A stretch of DNA of 64,000 nucleotides. Origin: Eimeria praecox (Eukaryota). Both the position numbers and the translations under genes were made by a program. The notes under the pieces were generated by a model, which made no database searches, was not told the origin of the DNA, and saw only the letters and a list, made by a program, of their open reading frames with translations. Every line of letters starts with the position of its first letter. The stretch's first letter is position 1. The stretch covers positions 8,990,001 through 9,054,000 of the forward strand of contig OY986946.1 in NCBI GenBank assembly GCA_963920595.1, in the 5' to 3' direction. Positions 42,229-53,753 of the stretch are shown one piece after another.

Positions 42229-42475
42229 CAGTGGCCCACCAGCACAGCCCAAGCTGCGTGGCGCCACAAGCAAGCAGTCCGCTGCGGCGAGTAGGGCCAG
42301 GCGTGGATTGCACACAGTAGACGGAGAGGGCTGTTGTACGGAGGCAAACAGACGTGAGACGGTGTGTGTTGAAGACGCATTTGGCAACAGCATGCGTGCA
42401 AGGATGGGGTCCAACTGTACTCGGGAAGATAGCAAGGTGTCTGGAAGGCGTGTGTGGTGAGGGGTGTGACTGTTG

Positions 42476-42547
42476 GTCCGAATCGTCTAGAGGTTAGGAC
42501 AACACGTTGTGGCCGTGTAAACCCAGGTTCAATTCCTGGTTCGGACA
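42476..42547 (+). tRNA. tRNA-His(GUG), array copy (A57)
   Basis: 72-nt cloverleaf GTCCGAATCG...GTG...GGTTCAATTCCTGGTTCGGACA. Confidence 0.93.
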
Positions 42548-42568
42548 CATTGGCGCGAGGCGAAACCG

Positions 42569-42574
42569 TTTTTT
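42569..42574 (+). terminator. Pol III oligo-T terminator (T6) of the plus-strand array tRNA, recurring every 862 bp
   Basis: TTTTTT lies 21 nt after A73. Confidence 0.85.
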
Positions 42575-43018
42575 GCATTCCTCCTTGTCTCACTGGTGTG
42601 TGCAGTGTGGGCCAAACCACTGGCCGGTCCAGACCACTGCGCTCGACGTCAAGAGGTGCAGTCTTATGCAGACAGGCGTCTCTGGCATTGTTTCTTTTGC
42701 ACCGATTGTAATGGCGATAGGTTTGACGAGATTGTGCATTGGATTGGTTGTGATGGCTTTAGTGGAATTTGTGTGAGGCTTAGAGGGGACAGCGGAGTTT
42801 TGTGTGCATGGCTTGCTGGTGCACTTGGGAGAGGGTAGTGGGGGGGCTTTGAAGAGGCGAAGAGTACCGAATCTGCTTTATTTGCATGCTTTGTGTATGG
42901 GTATGTTTCACACATGTGTATAAGGTATGTATTGAGGGATGTGGGAATGCGTTTTCGTGTTAGTAGGTTTTACGTTGGTGTGGTAAGAGACAGAACGTTG
43001 CAGAGGGAGGGGGACAAG

Positions 43019-43090
43019 TGTCCGAACCAGGAATTGAACCTGGGTTTACACGGCCACAACGTGTTGTCCTAACCTCTAGACGATTCGGAC
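43019..43090 (-). tRNA. tRNA-His(GUG), array copy
   Basis: Same cloverleaf, inverted. Confidence 0.93.
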
Positions 43091-43337
43091 CAGTGGCCCA
43101 CCAGCACAGCCCAAGCTGCGTGGCGCCACAAGCAAGCAGTCCGCTGCGGCGAGTAGGGCCAGGCGTGGATTGCACACAGTAGACGGAGAGGGCTGTTGTA
43201 CGGAGGCAAACAGACGTGAGACGGTGTGTGTTGAAGACGCATTTGGCAACAGCATGCGTGCAAGGATGGGGTCCAACTGTACTCGGGAAGATAGCAAGGT
43301 GTCTGGAAGGCGTGTGTGGTGAGGGGTGTGACCGTTG

Positions 43338-43409
43338 GTCCGAATCGTCTAGAGGTTAGGACAACACGTTGTGGCCGTGTAAACCCAGGTTCAATTCCTG
43401 GTTCGGACA
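43338..43409 (+). tRNA. tRNA-His(GUG), array copy
   Basis: Same cloverleaf. Confidence 0.93.
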
Positions 43410-43880
43410 CATTGGCGAGAGGGGAAACCGTTTTTTGCATCCCTCCTTGTCTCACTGGTGTGTGCAGTGTGGGCCAAACCACTGGCCGGTCCAGACCACT
43501 GCGCTCGACGTCAAGAGGTGCAGTCTTATGCAGACAGGCGTCTCTGGCATTGTTTCTTTTGCACCGATTGTAATGGCGATAGGTTTGACGAGATTGTGCA
43601 TTGGATTGGTTGTGATGGCTTTAGTGGAATTTGTGTGAGGCTTAGAGGGGACAGCGGAGTTTTGTGTGCATGGCTTGCTGGTGCACTTGGGAGAGGGTAG
43701 TGGGGGGGCTTTGAAGAGGCGAAGAGTACCGAATCTGCTTTATTTGCATGCTTTGTGTATGGGTATGTTTCACACATGTGTATAAGGTATGTATTGAGGG
43801 ATGTGGGAATGCGTTTTAGTGTTAGAAGGTTTTAAGTTGATGTGGTAAGAGACAGAACGTTGCAGAGGGAGGGGGACAAG

Positions 43881-43952
43881 TGTCCGAACCAGGAATTGAA
43901 CCTGGGTTTACACGGCCACAACGTGTTGTCCTAACCTCTAGACGATTCGGAC
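43881..43952 (-). tRNA. tRNA-His(GUG), array copy
   Basis: Same cloverleaf. Confidence 0.93.
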
Positions 43953-44199
43953 CAGTGGCCCACCAGCACAGCCCCAGCTGCGTGGCGCCACAAGCAAGCA
44001 GTCCGCTGCGGCGAGTAGGGCCAGGCGTGGATTGCACACAGTAGACGGAGAGGGCTGTTGTACGGAGGCAAGCAGACGTGAGACGGTGTGTGTTAAAGAC
44101 GCATTTGGCAACAGCATGCGTGCAAGGATGGGGTCCAACTGTACTCGGGAAGATAGCAAGGTGTCTGGAAGGCGTGTGTGGTGAGGGGTGTGACTGTTG

Positions 44200-44271
44200 G
44201 TCCGAATCGTCTAGAGGTTAGGACAACACGTTGTGGCCGTGTAAACCCAGGTTCAATTCCTGGTTCGGACA
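44200..44271 (+). tRNA. tRNA-His(GUG), array copy
   Basis: Same cloverleaf. Confidence 0.93.
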
Positions 44272-44742
44272 CATTGGCGCGAGGCGAAACCGTTTTTTGC
44301 ATTCCTCCTTGTCTCACTGGTGTGTGCAGTGTGGGCCAAACCACTGGCCGGTCCAGACCACTGCGCTCGACGTCAAGAGGTGCAGTCTTATGCAGACAGG
44401 CGTCTCTGGCATTGTTTCTTTTGCACCGATTGTAATGGCGATAGGTTTGACGAGATTGTGCATTGGATTGGTTGTGATGGCTTTAGTGGAATTTGTGTGA
44501 GGCTTAGAGGGGACAGCGGAGTTTTGTGTGCATGGCTTGCTGGTGCACTTGGGAGAGGGTAGTGGGGGGGCTTTGAAGAGGCGAAGAGTACCAAATCTGC
44601 TTTATTTGCATGCTTTGTGTATGGGTATGTTTCACACATGTGTATAAGGTATGTATTGAGGGATGTGGGAATGCGTTTTAGTGTTAGTAGGTTTTAAGTT
44701 GGTGTGGTAAGAGACAGAACGTTGCAGAGGGAGGGGGACAAG

Positions 44743-44814
44743 TGTCCGAACCAGGAATTGAACCTGGGTTTACACGGCCACAACGTGTTGTCCTAACCTC
44801 TAGACGATTCGGAC
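44743..44814 (-). tRNA. tRNA-His(GUG), array copy
   Basis: Same cloverleaf. Confidence 0.93.
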
Positions 44815-45061
44815 CAGTGGCCCACCAGCACAGCCCAAGCTGCGTGGCGCCACAAGCAAGCAGTCCGCTGCGGCGAGTAGGGCCAGGCGTGGATTGCACA
44901 CAGTAGACGGAGAGGGCTGTTGTACGGAGGCAAACAGACGTGAGACGGTGTGTGTTGAAGACGCATTTGGCAACAGCATGCGTGCAAGGATGGGGTCCAA
45001 CTGTACTCGGGAAGATAGCAAGGTGTCTGGAAGGCGTGTGTGGTGAGGGGTGTGACTGTTG

Positions 45062-45133
45062 GTCCGAATCGTCTAGAGGTTAGGACAACACGTTGTGGCC
45101 GTGTAAACCCAGGTTCAATTCCTGGTTCGGACA
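45062..45133 (+). tRNA. tRNA-His(GUG), array copy
   Basis: Same cloverleaf. Confidence 0.93.
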
Positions 45134-45604
45134 CATTGGCGAGAGGGGAAACCGTTTTTTGCATCCCTCCTTGTCTCACTGGTGTGTGCAGTGTGGGCCA
45201 AACCACTGGCCGGTCCAGACCACTGCGCTCGACGTCAAGAGGTGCAGTCTTATGCAGACAGGCGTCTCTGGCATTGTTTCTTTTGCACCGATTGTAATGG
45301 CGATAGGTTTGACGAGATTGTGCATTGGATTGGTTGTGATGGCTTTAGTGGAATTTGTGTGAGGCTTAGAGGGGACAGCGGAGTTTTGTGTGCATGGCTT
45401 GCTGGTGCACTTGGGAGAGGGTAGTGGGGGGGCTTTGAAGAGGCGAAGAGTACCGAATCTGCTTTATTTGCATGCTTTGTGTATGGGTATGTTTCACACA
45501 TGTGTATAAGGTATGTATTGAGGGATGTGGGAATGCGTTTTAGTGTTAGAAGGTTTTAAGTTGATGTGGTAAGAGACAGAACGTTGCAGAGGGAGGGGGA
45601 CAAG

Positions 45605-45676
45605 TGTCCGAACCAGGAATTGAACCTGGGTTTACACGGCCACAACGTGTTGTCCTAACCTCTAGACGATTCGGAC
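45605..45676 (-). tRNA. tRNA-His(GUG), array copy
   Basis: Same cloverleaf. Confidence 0.93.
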
Positions 45677-45923
45677 CAGTGGCCCACCAGCACAGCCCAA
45701 GCTGCGTGGCGCCACAAGCAAGCAGTCCGCTGCGGCGAGTAGGGCCAGGCGTGGATTGCACACAGTAGACGGAGAGGGCTGTTGTACGGAGGCAAACAGA
45801 CGTGAGACGGTGTGTGTTGAAGACGCATTTGGCAACAGCATGCGTGCAAGGATGGGGTCCAACTGTACTCGGGAAGATAGCAAGGTGTCTGGAAGGCGTG
45901 TGTGGTGAGGGGTGTGACTGTTG

Positions 45924-45995
45924 GTCCGAATCGTCTAGAGGTTAGGACAACACGTTGTGGCCGTGTAAACCCAGGTTCAATTCCTGGTTCGGACA
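45924..45995 (+). tRNA. tRNA-His(GUG), array copy
   Basis: Same cloverleaf. Confidence 0.93.
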
Positions 45996-46466
45996 CATTG
46001 GCGCGAGGCGAAACCGTTTTTTGCATTCCTCCTTGTCTCACTGGTGTGTGCAGTGTGGGCCAAACCACTGGCCGGTCCAGACCACTGCGCTCGACGTCAA
46101 GAGGTGCAGTCTTATGCAGACAGGCGTCTCTGGCATTGTTTCTTTTGCACCGATTGTAATGGCGATAGGTTTGACGAGATTGTGCATTGGATTGGTTGTG
46201 ATGGCTTTAGTGGAATTTGTGTGAGGCTTAGAGGGGACAGCGGAGTTTTGTGTGCATGGCTTGCTGGTGCACTTGGGAGAGGGTAGTGGGGGGGCTTTGA
46301 AGTGGCGAAGAGTACCAAATCTGCTTTATTTGCATGCTTTGTGTATGGGTATGTTTCACACATGTGTATAAGGTATGTATTGAGGGATGTGGGAATGCGT
46401 TTTAGTGTTAGAAGGTTTTAAGTTGATGTGGTAAGAGACAGAACGTTGCAGAGGGAGGGGGACAAG

Positions 46467-46538
46467 TGTCCGAACCAGGAATTGAACCTGGGTTTACACG
46501 GCCACAACGTGTTGTCCTAACCTCTAGACGATTCGGAC
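46467..46538 (-). tRNA. tRNA-His(GUG), array copy
   Basis: Same cloverleaf. Confidence 0.93.
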
Positions 46539-46785
46539 CAGTGGCCCACCAGCACAGCCCCAGCTGCGTGGCGCCACAAGCAAGCAGTCCGCTGCGGCGA
46601 GTAGGGCCAGGCGTGGATTGCACACAGTAGACGGAGAGGGCTGTTGTACGGAGGCAAGCAGACGTGAGACGGTGTGTGTTGAAGACGCATTTGGCAACAG
46701 CATGCGTGCAAGGATGGGGTCCAACTGTACTCGGGAAGATAGCAAGGTGTCTGGAAGGCGTGTGTGGTGAGGGGTGTGACTGTTG

Positions 46786-46857
46786 GTCCGAATCGTCTAG
46801 AGGTTAGGACAACACGTTGTGGCCGTGTAAACCCAGGTTCAATTCCTGGTTCGGACA
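46786..46857 (+). tRNA. tRNA-His(GUG), array copy
   Basis: Same cloverleaf. Confidence 0.93.
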
Positions 46858-47328
46858 CATTGGCGAGAGGGGAAACCGTTTTTTGCATCCCTCCTTGTCT
46901 CACTGGTGTGTGCAGTGTGGGCCAAACCACTGGCCGGTCCAGACCACTGCGCTCGACGTCAAGAGGTGCAGTCTTATGCAGACAGGCGTCTCTGGCATTG
47001 TTTCTTTTGCACCGATTGTAATGGCGATAGGTTTGACGAGATTGTGCATTGGATTGGTTGTGATGGCTTTAGTGGAATTTGTGTGAGGCTTAGAGGGGAC
47101 AGCGGAGTTTTGTGTGCATGGCTTGCTGGTGCACTTGGGAGAGGGTAGTGGGGGGGCTTTGAAGAGGCGAAGAGTACCGAATCTGCTTTATTTGCATGCT
47201 TTGTGTATGGGTATGTTTCACACATGTGTATAAGGTATGTATTGAGGGATGTGGGAATGCGTTTTAGTGTTAGAAGGTTTTAAGTTGATGTGGTAAGAGA
47301 CAGAACGTTGCAGAGGGAGGGGGACAAG

Positions 47329-47400
47329 TGTCCGAACCAGGAATTGAACCTGGGTTTACACGGCCACAACGTGTTGTCCTAACCTCTAGACGATTCGGAC
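47329..47400 (-). tRNA. tRNA-His(GUG), array copy
   Basis: Same cloverleaf. Confidence 0.93.
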
Positions 47401-47647
47401 CAGTGGCCCACCAGCACAGCCCAAGCTGCGTGGCGCCACAAGCAAGCAGTCCGCTGCGGCGAGTAGGGCCAGGCGTGGATTGCACACAGTAGATCGAGAG
47501 GGCTGTTGTACGGAGGCAAACAGACGTGAGACGGTGTGTGTTGAAGACGCATTTGGCAACAGCATGCGTGCAAGGATGGGGTCCAACTGTACTCGGGAAG
47601 ATAGCAAGGTGTCTGGAAGGCGTGTGTGGTGAGGGGTGTGACTGTTG

Positions 47648-47719
47648 GTCCGAATCGTCTAGAGGTTAGGACAACACGTTGTGGCCGTGTAAACCCAGGT
47701 TCAATTCCTGGTTCGGACA
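47648..47719 (+). tRNA. tRNA-His(GUG), array copy
   Basis: Same cloverleaf. Confidence 0.93.
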
Positions 47720-48190
47720 CATTGGCGCGAGGCGAAACCGTTTTTTGCATTCCTCCTTGTCTCACTGGTGTGTGCAGTGTGGGCCAAACCACTGGCCGGT
47801 CCAGACCACTGCGCTCGACGTCAAGAGGTGCAGTCTTATGCAGACAGGCGTCTCTGGCATTGTTTCTTTTGCACCGATTGTAATGGCGATAGGTTTGACG
47901 AGATTGTGCATTGGATTGGTTGTGATGGCTTTAGTGGAATTTGTGTGAGGCTTAGAGGGGACAGCGGAGTTTTGTGTGCATGGCTTGCTGGTGCACTTGG
48001 GAGAGGGTAGTGGGGGGGCTTTGAAGTGGCGAAGAGTACCAAATCTGCTTTATTTGCATGCTTTGTGTATGGGTATGTTTCACACATGTGTATAAGGTAT
48101 GTATTGAGGGATGTGGGAATGCGTTTTAGTGTTAGAAGGTTTTAAGTTGATGTGGTAAGAGACAGAACGTTGCAGAGGGAGGGGGACAAG

Positions 48191-48262
48191 TGTCCGAACC
48201 AGGAATTGAACCTGGGTTTACACGGCCACAACGTGTTGTCCTAACCTCTAGACGATTCGGAC
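48191..48262 (-). tRNA. tRNA-His(GUG), array copy
   Basis: Same cloverleaf. Confidence 0.93.
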
Positions 48263-48509
48263 CAGTGGCCCACCAGCACAGCCCCAGCTGCGTGGCGCCA
48301 CAAGCAAGCAGTCCGCTGCGGCGAGTAGGGCCAGGCGTGGATTGCACACAGTAGACGGAGAGGGCTGTTGTACGGAGGCAAGCAGACGTGAGACGGTGTG
48401 TGTTAAAGACGCATTTGGCAACAGCATGCGTGCAAGGATGGGGTCCAACTGTACTCGGGAAGATAGCAAGGTGTCTGGAAGGCGTGTGTGGTGAGGGGTG
48501 TGACTGTTG

Positions 48510-48581
48510 GTCCGAATCGTCTAGAGGTTAGGACAACACGTTGTGGCCGTGTAAACCCAGGTTCAATTCCTGGTTCGGACA
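48510..48581 (+). tRNA. tRNA-His(GUG), array copy
   Basis: Same cloverleaf. Confidence 0.93.
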
Positions 48582-49052
48582 CATTGGCGCGAGGCGAAAC
48601 CGTTTTTTGCATTCCTCCTTGTCTCACTGGTGTGTGCAGTGTGGGCCAAACCACTGGGCGGTCCAGACCACTGCGCTCCACGTCAAGAGGTGCAGTCTTA
48701 TGCAGACAGGCGTCTCTGGCATTGTTTCTTTTGCACCGATTGTAATGGCGATAGGTTTGACGAGATTGTGCATTGGATTGGTTGTGATGGCTTTAGTGGA
48801 ATTTGTGTGAGGCTTAGAGGGGACAGCGGAGTTTTGTGTGCATGGCTTGCTGGTGCACTTGGGAGAGGGTAGTGGGGGGGCTTTGAAGAGGCGAAGAGTA
48901 CCGAATCTGCTTTATTTGCATGCTTTGTGTATGGGTATGTTTCACACATGTGTATAAGGTATGTATTGAGGGATGTGGGAATGCGTTTTAGTGTTAGAAG
49001 GTTTTAAGTTGATGTGGTAAGAGACAGAACGTTGCAGAGGGAGGGGGACAAG

Positions 49053-49124
49053 TGTCCGAACCAGGAATTGAACCTGGGTTTACACGGCCACAACGTGTTG
49101 TCCTAACCTCTAGACGATTCGGAC
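49053..49124 (-). tRNA. tRNA-His(GUG), array copy
   Basis: Same cloverleaf. Confidence 0.93.
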
Positions 49125-49371
49125 CAGTGGCCCACCAGCACAGCCCCAGCTGCGTGGCGCCACAAGCAAGCAGTCCGCTGCGGCGAGTAGGGCCAGGCGT
49201 GGATTGCACACAGTAGACGGAGAGGGCTGTTGTACGGAGGCAAACAGACGTGAGACGGTGTGTGTTAAAGACGCATTTGGCAACAGCATGCGTGCAAGGA
49301 TGGGGTCCAACTGTACTCGGGAAGATAGCAAGGTGTCTGGAAGGCGTGTGTGGTGAGGGGTGTGACTGTTG

Positions 49372-49443
49372 GTCCGAATCGTCTAGAGGTTAGGACAACA
49401 CGTTGTGGCCGTGTAAACCCAGGTTCAATTCCTGGTTCGGACA
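49372..49443 (+). tRNA. tRNA-His(GUG), array copy
   Basis: Same cloverleaf. Confidence 0.93.
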
Positions 49444-49914
49444 CATTGGCGCGAGGCGAAACCGTTTTTTGCATTCCTCCTTGTCTCACTGGTGTGTGCA
49501 GTGTGGGCCAAACCACTGGCCGGTCCAGACCACTGCGCTCGACGTCAAGAGGTGCAGTCTTATGCAGACAGGCGTCTCTGGCATTGTTTCTTTTGCACCG
49601 ATTGTAATGGCGATAGGTTTGACGAGATTGTGCATTGGATTGGTTGTGATGGCTTTAGTGGAATTTGTGTGAGGCTTAGAGGGGACAGCGGAGTTTTGTG
49701 TGCATGGCTTGCTGGTGCACTTGGGAGAGGGTAGTGGGGGGGCTTTGAAGAGGCGAAGAGTACCAAATCTGCTTTATGTGCATGCTTTGTGTATGGGTAT
49801 GTTTCACACATGTGTATAAGGTATGTATTGAGGGATGTGGGAATGCGTTTTAGTGTTAGTAGGTTTTAAGTTGGTGTGGTAAGAGACAGAACGTTGCAGA
49901 GGGAGGGGGACAAG

Positions 49915-49986
49915 TGTCCGAACCAGGAATTGAACCTGGGTTTACACGGCCACAACGTGTTGTCCTAACCTCTAGACGATTCGGAC
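49915..49986 (-). tRNA. tRNA-His(GUG), array copy
   Basis: Same cloverleaf. Confidence 0.93.
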
Positions 49987-50233
49987 CAGTGGCCCACCAG
50001 CACAGCCCAAGCTGCGTGGCGCCACAAGCAAGCAGTCCGCTGCGGCGAGTAGGGCCAGGCGTGGATTGCACACAGTAGACGGAGAGGGCTGTTGTACGGA
50101 GGCAAACAGACGTGAGACGGTGTGTGTTGAAGACGCATTTGGCAACAGCATGCGTGCAAGGATGGGGTCCAACTGTACTCGGGAAGATAGCAAGGTGTCT
50201 GGAAGGCGTGTGTGGTGAGGGGTGTGACCGTTG

Positions 50234-50305
50234 GTCCGAATCGTCTAGAGGTTAGGACAACACGTTGTGGCCGTGTAAACCCAGGTTCAATTCCTGGTTC
50301 GGACA
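50234..50305 (+). tRNA. tRNA-His(GUG), array copy
   Basis: Same cloverleaf. Confidence 0.93.
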
Positions 50306-50776
50306 CATTGGCGAGAGGGGAAACCGTTTTTTGCATCCCTCCTTGTCTCACTGGTGTGTGCAGTGTGGGCCAAACCACTGGCCGGTCCAGACCACTGCGC
50401 TCGACGTCAAGAGGTGCAGTCTTATGCAGACAGGCGTCTCTGGCATTGTTTCTTTTGCACCGATTGTAATGGCGATAGGTTTGACGAGATTGTGCATTGG
50501 ATTGGTTGTGATGGCTTTAGTGGAATTTGTGTGAGGCTTAGAGGGGACAGCGGAGTTTTGTGTGCATGGCTTGCTGGTGCACTTGGGAGAGGGTAGTGGG
50601 GGGGCTTTGAAGAGGCGAAGAGTACCGAATCTGCTTTATTTGCATGCTTTGTGTATGGGTATGTTTCACACATGTGTATAAGGTATGTATTGAGGGATGT
50701 GGGAATGCGTTTTAGTGTTAGAAGGTTTTAAGTTGATGTGGTAAGAGACAGAACGTTGCAGAGGGAGGGGGACAAG

Positions 50777-50848
50777 TGTCCGAACCAGGAATTGAACCTG
50801 GGTTTACACGGCCACAACGTGTTGTCCTAACCTCTAGACGATTCGGAC
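50777..50848 (-). tRNA. tRNA-His(GUG), array copy
   Basis: Same cloverleaf. Confidence 0.93.
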
Positions 50849-51095
50849 CAGTGGCCCACCAGCACAGCCCCAGCTGCGTGGCGCCACAAGCAAGCAGTCC
50901 GCTGCGGCGAGTAGGGCCAGGCGTGGATTGCACACAGTAGACGGAGAGGGCTGTTGTACGGAGGCAAGCAGACGTGAGACGGTGTGTGTTAAAGACGCAT
51001 TTGGCAACAGCATGCGTGCAAGGATGGGGTCCAACTGTACTCGGGAAGATAGCAAGGTGTCTGGAAGGCGTGTGTGGTGAGGGGTGTGACTGTTG

Positions 51096-51167
51096 GTCCG
51101 AATCGTCTAGAGGTTAGGACAACACGTTGTGGCCGTGTAAACCCAGGTTCAATTCCTGGTTCGGACA
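51096..51167 (+). tRNA. tRNA-His(GUG), array copy
   Basis: Same cloverleaf. Confidence 0.93.
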
Positions 51168-51638
51168 CATTGGCGCGAGGCGAAACCGTTTTTTGCATTC
51201 CTCCTTGTCTCACTGGTGTGTGCAGTGTGGGCCAAACCACTGGCCGGTCCAGACCACTGCGCTCGACGTCAAGAGGTGCAGTCTTATGCAGACAGGCGTC
51301 TCTGGCATTGTTTCTTTTGCACCGATTGTAATGGCGATAGGTTTGACGAGATTGTGCATTGGATTGGTTGTGATGGCTTTAGTGGAATTTGTGTGAGGCT
51401 TAGAGGGGACAGCGGAGTTTTGTGTGCATGGCTTGCTGGTGCACTTGGGAGAGGGTAGTGGGGGGGCTTTGAAGAGGCGAAGAGTACCAAATCTGCTTTA
51501 TTTGCATGCTTTGTGTATGGGTATGTTTCACACATGTGTATAAGGTATGTATTGAGGGATGTGGGAATGCGTTTTAGTGTTAGTAGGTTTTAAGTTGGTG
51601 TGGTAAGAGACAGAACGTTGCAGAGGGAGGGGGACAAG

Positions 51639-51710
51639 TGTCCGAACCAGGAATTGAACCTGGGTTTACACGGCCACAACGTGTTGTCCTAACCTCTAGA
51701 CGATTCGGAC
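51639..51710 (-). tRNA. tRNA-His(GUG), array copy
   Basis: Same cloverleaf. Confidence 0.93.
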
Positions 51711-51957
51711 CAGTGGCCCACCAGCACAGCCCAAGCTGCGTGGCGCCACAAGCAAGCAGTCCGCTGCGGCGAGTAGGGCCAGGCGTGGATTGCACACAGT
51801 AGACGGAGAGGGCTGTTGTACGGAGGCAAACAGACGTGAGACGGTGTGTGTTGAAGACGCATTTGGCAACAGCATGCGTGCAAGGATGGGGTCCAACTGT
51901 ACTCGGGAAGATAGCAAGGTGTCTGGAAGGCGTGTGTGGTGAGGGGTGTGACTGTTG

Positions 51958-52029
51958 GTCCGAATCGTCTAGAGGTTAGGACAACACGTTGTGGCCGTGT
52001 AAACCCAGGTTCAATTCCTGGTTCGGACA
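51958..52029 (+). tRNA. tRNA-His(GUG), array copy
   Basis: Same cloverleaf. Confidence 0.93.
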
Positions 52030-52500
52030 CATTGGCGAGAGGGGAAACCGTTTTTTGCATCCCTCCTTGTCTCACTGGTGTGTGCAGTGTGGGCCAAACC
52101 ACTGGCCGGTCCAGACCACTGCGCTCGACGTCAAGAGGTGCAGTCTTATGCAGACAGGCGTCTCTGGCATTGTTTCTTTTGCACCGATTGTAATGGCGAT
52201 AGGTTTGACGAGATTGTGCATTGGATTGGTTGTGATGGCTTTAGTGGAATTTGTGTGAGGCTTAGAGGGGACAGCGGAGTTTTGTGTGCATGGCTTGCTG
52301 GTGCACTTGGGAGAGGGTAGTGGGGGGGCTTTGAAGAGGCGAAGAGTACCGAATCTGCTTTATTTGCATGCTTTGTGTATGGGTATGTTTCACACATGTG
52401 TATAAGGTATGTATTGAGGGATGTGGGAATGCGTTTTAGTGTTAGAAGGTTTTAAGTTGATGTGGTAAGAGACAGAACGTTGCAGAGGGAGGGGGACAAG

Positions 52501-52572
52501 TGTCCGAACCAGGAATTGAACCTGGGTTTACACGGCCACAACGTGTTGTCCTAACCTCTAGACGATTCGGAC
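52501..52572 (-). tRNA. tRNA-His(GUG), array copy
   Basis: Same cloverleaf. Confidence 0.93.
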
Positions 52573-52819
52573 CAGTGGCCCACCAGCACAGCCCAAGCTG
52601 CGTGGCGCCACAAGCAAGCAGTCCGCTGCGGCGAGTAGGGCCAGGCGTGGATTGCACACAGTAGACGGAGAGGGCTGTTGTACGGAGGCAAACAGACGTG
52701 AGACGGTGTGTGTTGAAGACGCATTTGGCAACAGCATGCGTGCAAGGATGGGGTCCAACTGTACTCGGGAAGATAGCAAGGTGTCTGGAAGGCGTGTGTG
52801 GTGAGGGGTGTGACTGTTG

Positions 52820-52891
52820 GTCCGAATCGTCTAGAGGTTAGGACAACACGTTGTGGCCGTGTAAACCCAGGTTCAATTCCTGGTTCGGACA
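52820..52891 (+). tRNA. tRNA-His(GUG), array copy
   Basis: Same cloverleaf. Confidence 0.93.
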
Positions 52892-53362
52892 CATTGGCGC
52901 GAGGCGAAACCGTTTTTTGCATTCCTCCTTGTCTCACTGGTGTGTGCAGTGTGGGCCAAACCACTGGCCGGTCCAGACCACTGCGCTCGACGTCAAGAGG
53001 TGCAGTCTTATGCAGACAGGCGTCTCTGGCATTGTTTCTTTTGCACCGATTGTAATGGCGATAGGTTTGACGAGATTGTGCATTGGATTGGTTGTGATGG
53101 CTTTAGTGGAATTTGTGTGAGGCTTAGAGGGGACAGCGGAGTTTTGTGTGCATGGCTTGCTGGTGCACTTGGGAGAGGGTAGTGGGGGGGCTTTGAAGTG
53201 GCGAAGAGTACCAAATCTGCTTTATTTGCATGCTTTGTGTATGGGTATGTTTCACACATGTGTATAAGGTATGTATTGAGGGATGTGGGAATGCGTTTTA
53301 GTGTTAGAAGGTTTTAAGTTGATGTGGTAAGAGACAGAACGTTGCAGAGGGAGGGGGACAAG

Positions 53363-53434
53363 TGTCCGAACCAGGAATTGAACCTGGGTTTACACGGCCA
53401 CAACGTGTTGTCCTAACCTCTAGACGATTCGGAC
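53363..53434 (-). tRNA. tRNA-His(GUG), array copy
   Basis: Same cloverleaf. Confidence 0.93.
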
Positions 53435-53681
53435 CAGTGGCCCACCAGCACAGCCCCAGCTGCGTGGCGCCACAAGCAAGCAGTCCGCTGCGGCGAGTAG
53501 GGCCAGGCGTGGATTGCACACAGTAGACGGAGAGGGCTGTTGTACGGAGGCAAGCAGACGTGAGACGGTGTGTGTTGAAGACGCATTTGGCAACAGCATG
53601 CGTGCAAGGATGGGGTCCAACTGTACTCGGGAAGATAGCAAGGTGTCTGGAAGGCGTGTGTGGTGAGGGGTGTGACTGTTG

Positions 53682-53753
53682 GTCCGAATCGTCTAGAGGT
53701 TAGGACAACACGTTGTGGCCGTGTAAACCCAGGTTCAATTCCTGGTTCGGACA
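53682..53753 (+). tRNA. tRNA-His(GUG), array copy
   Basis: Same cloverleaf. Confidence 0.93.

Noticed and set aside
42602..42640. Short hairpin gcagtg-tgggcc...ggtcca-cactgc in the convergent spacer
   Set aside because: Only two 6-bp stems in GC-rich sequence, with no covariation evidence; compatible with chance
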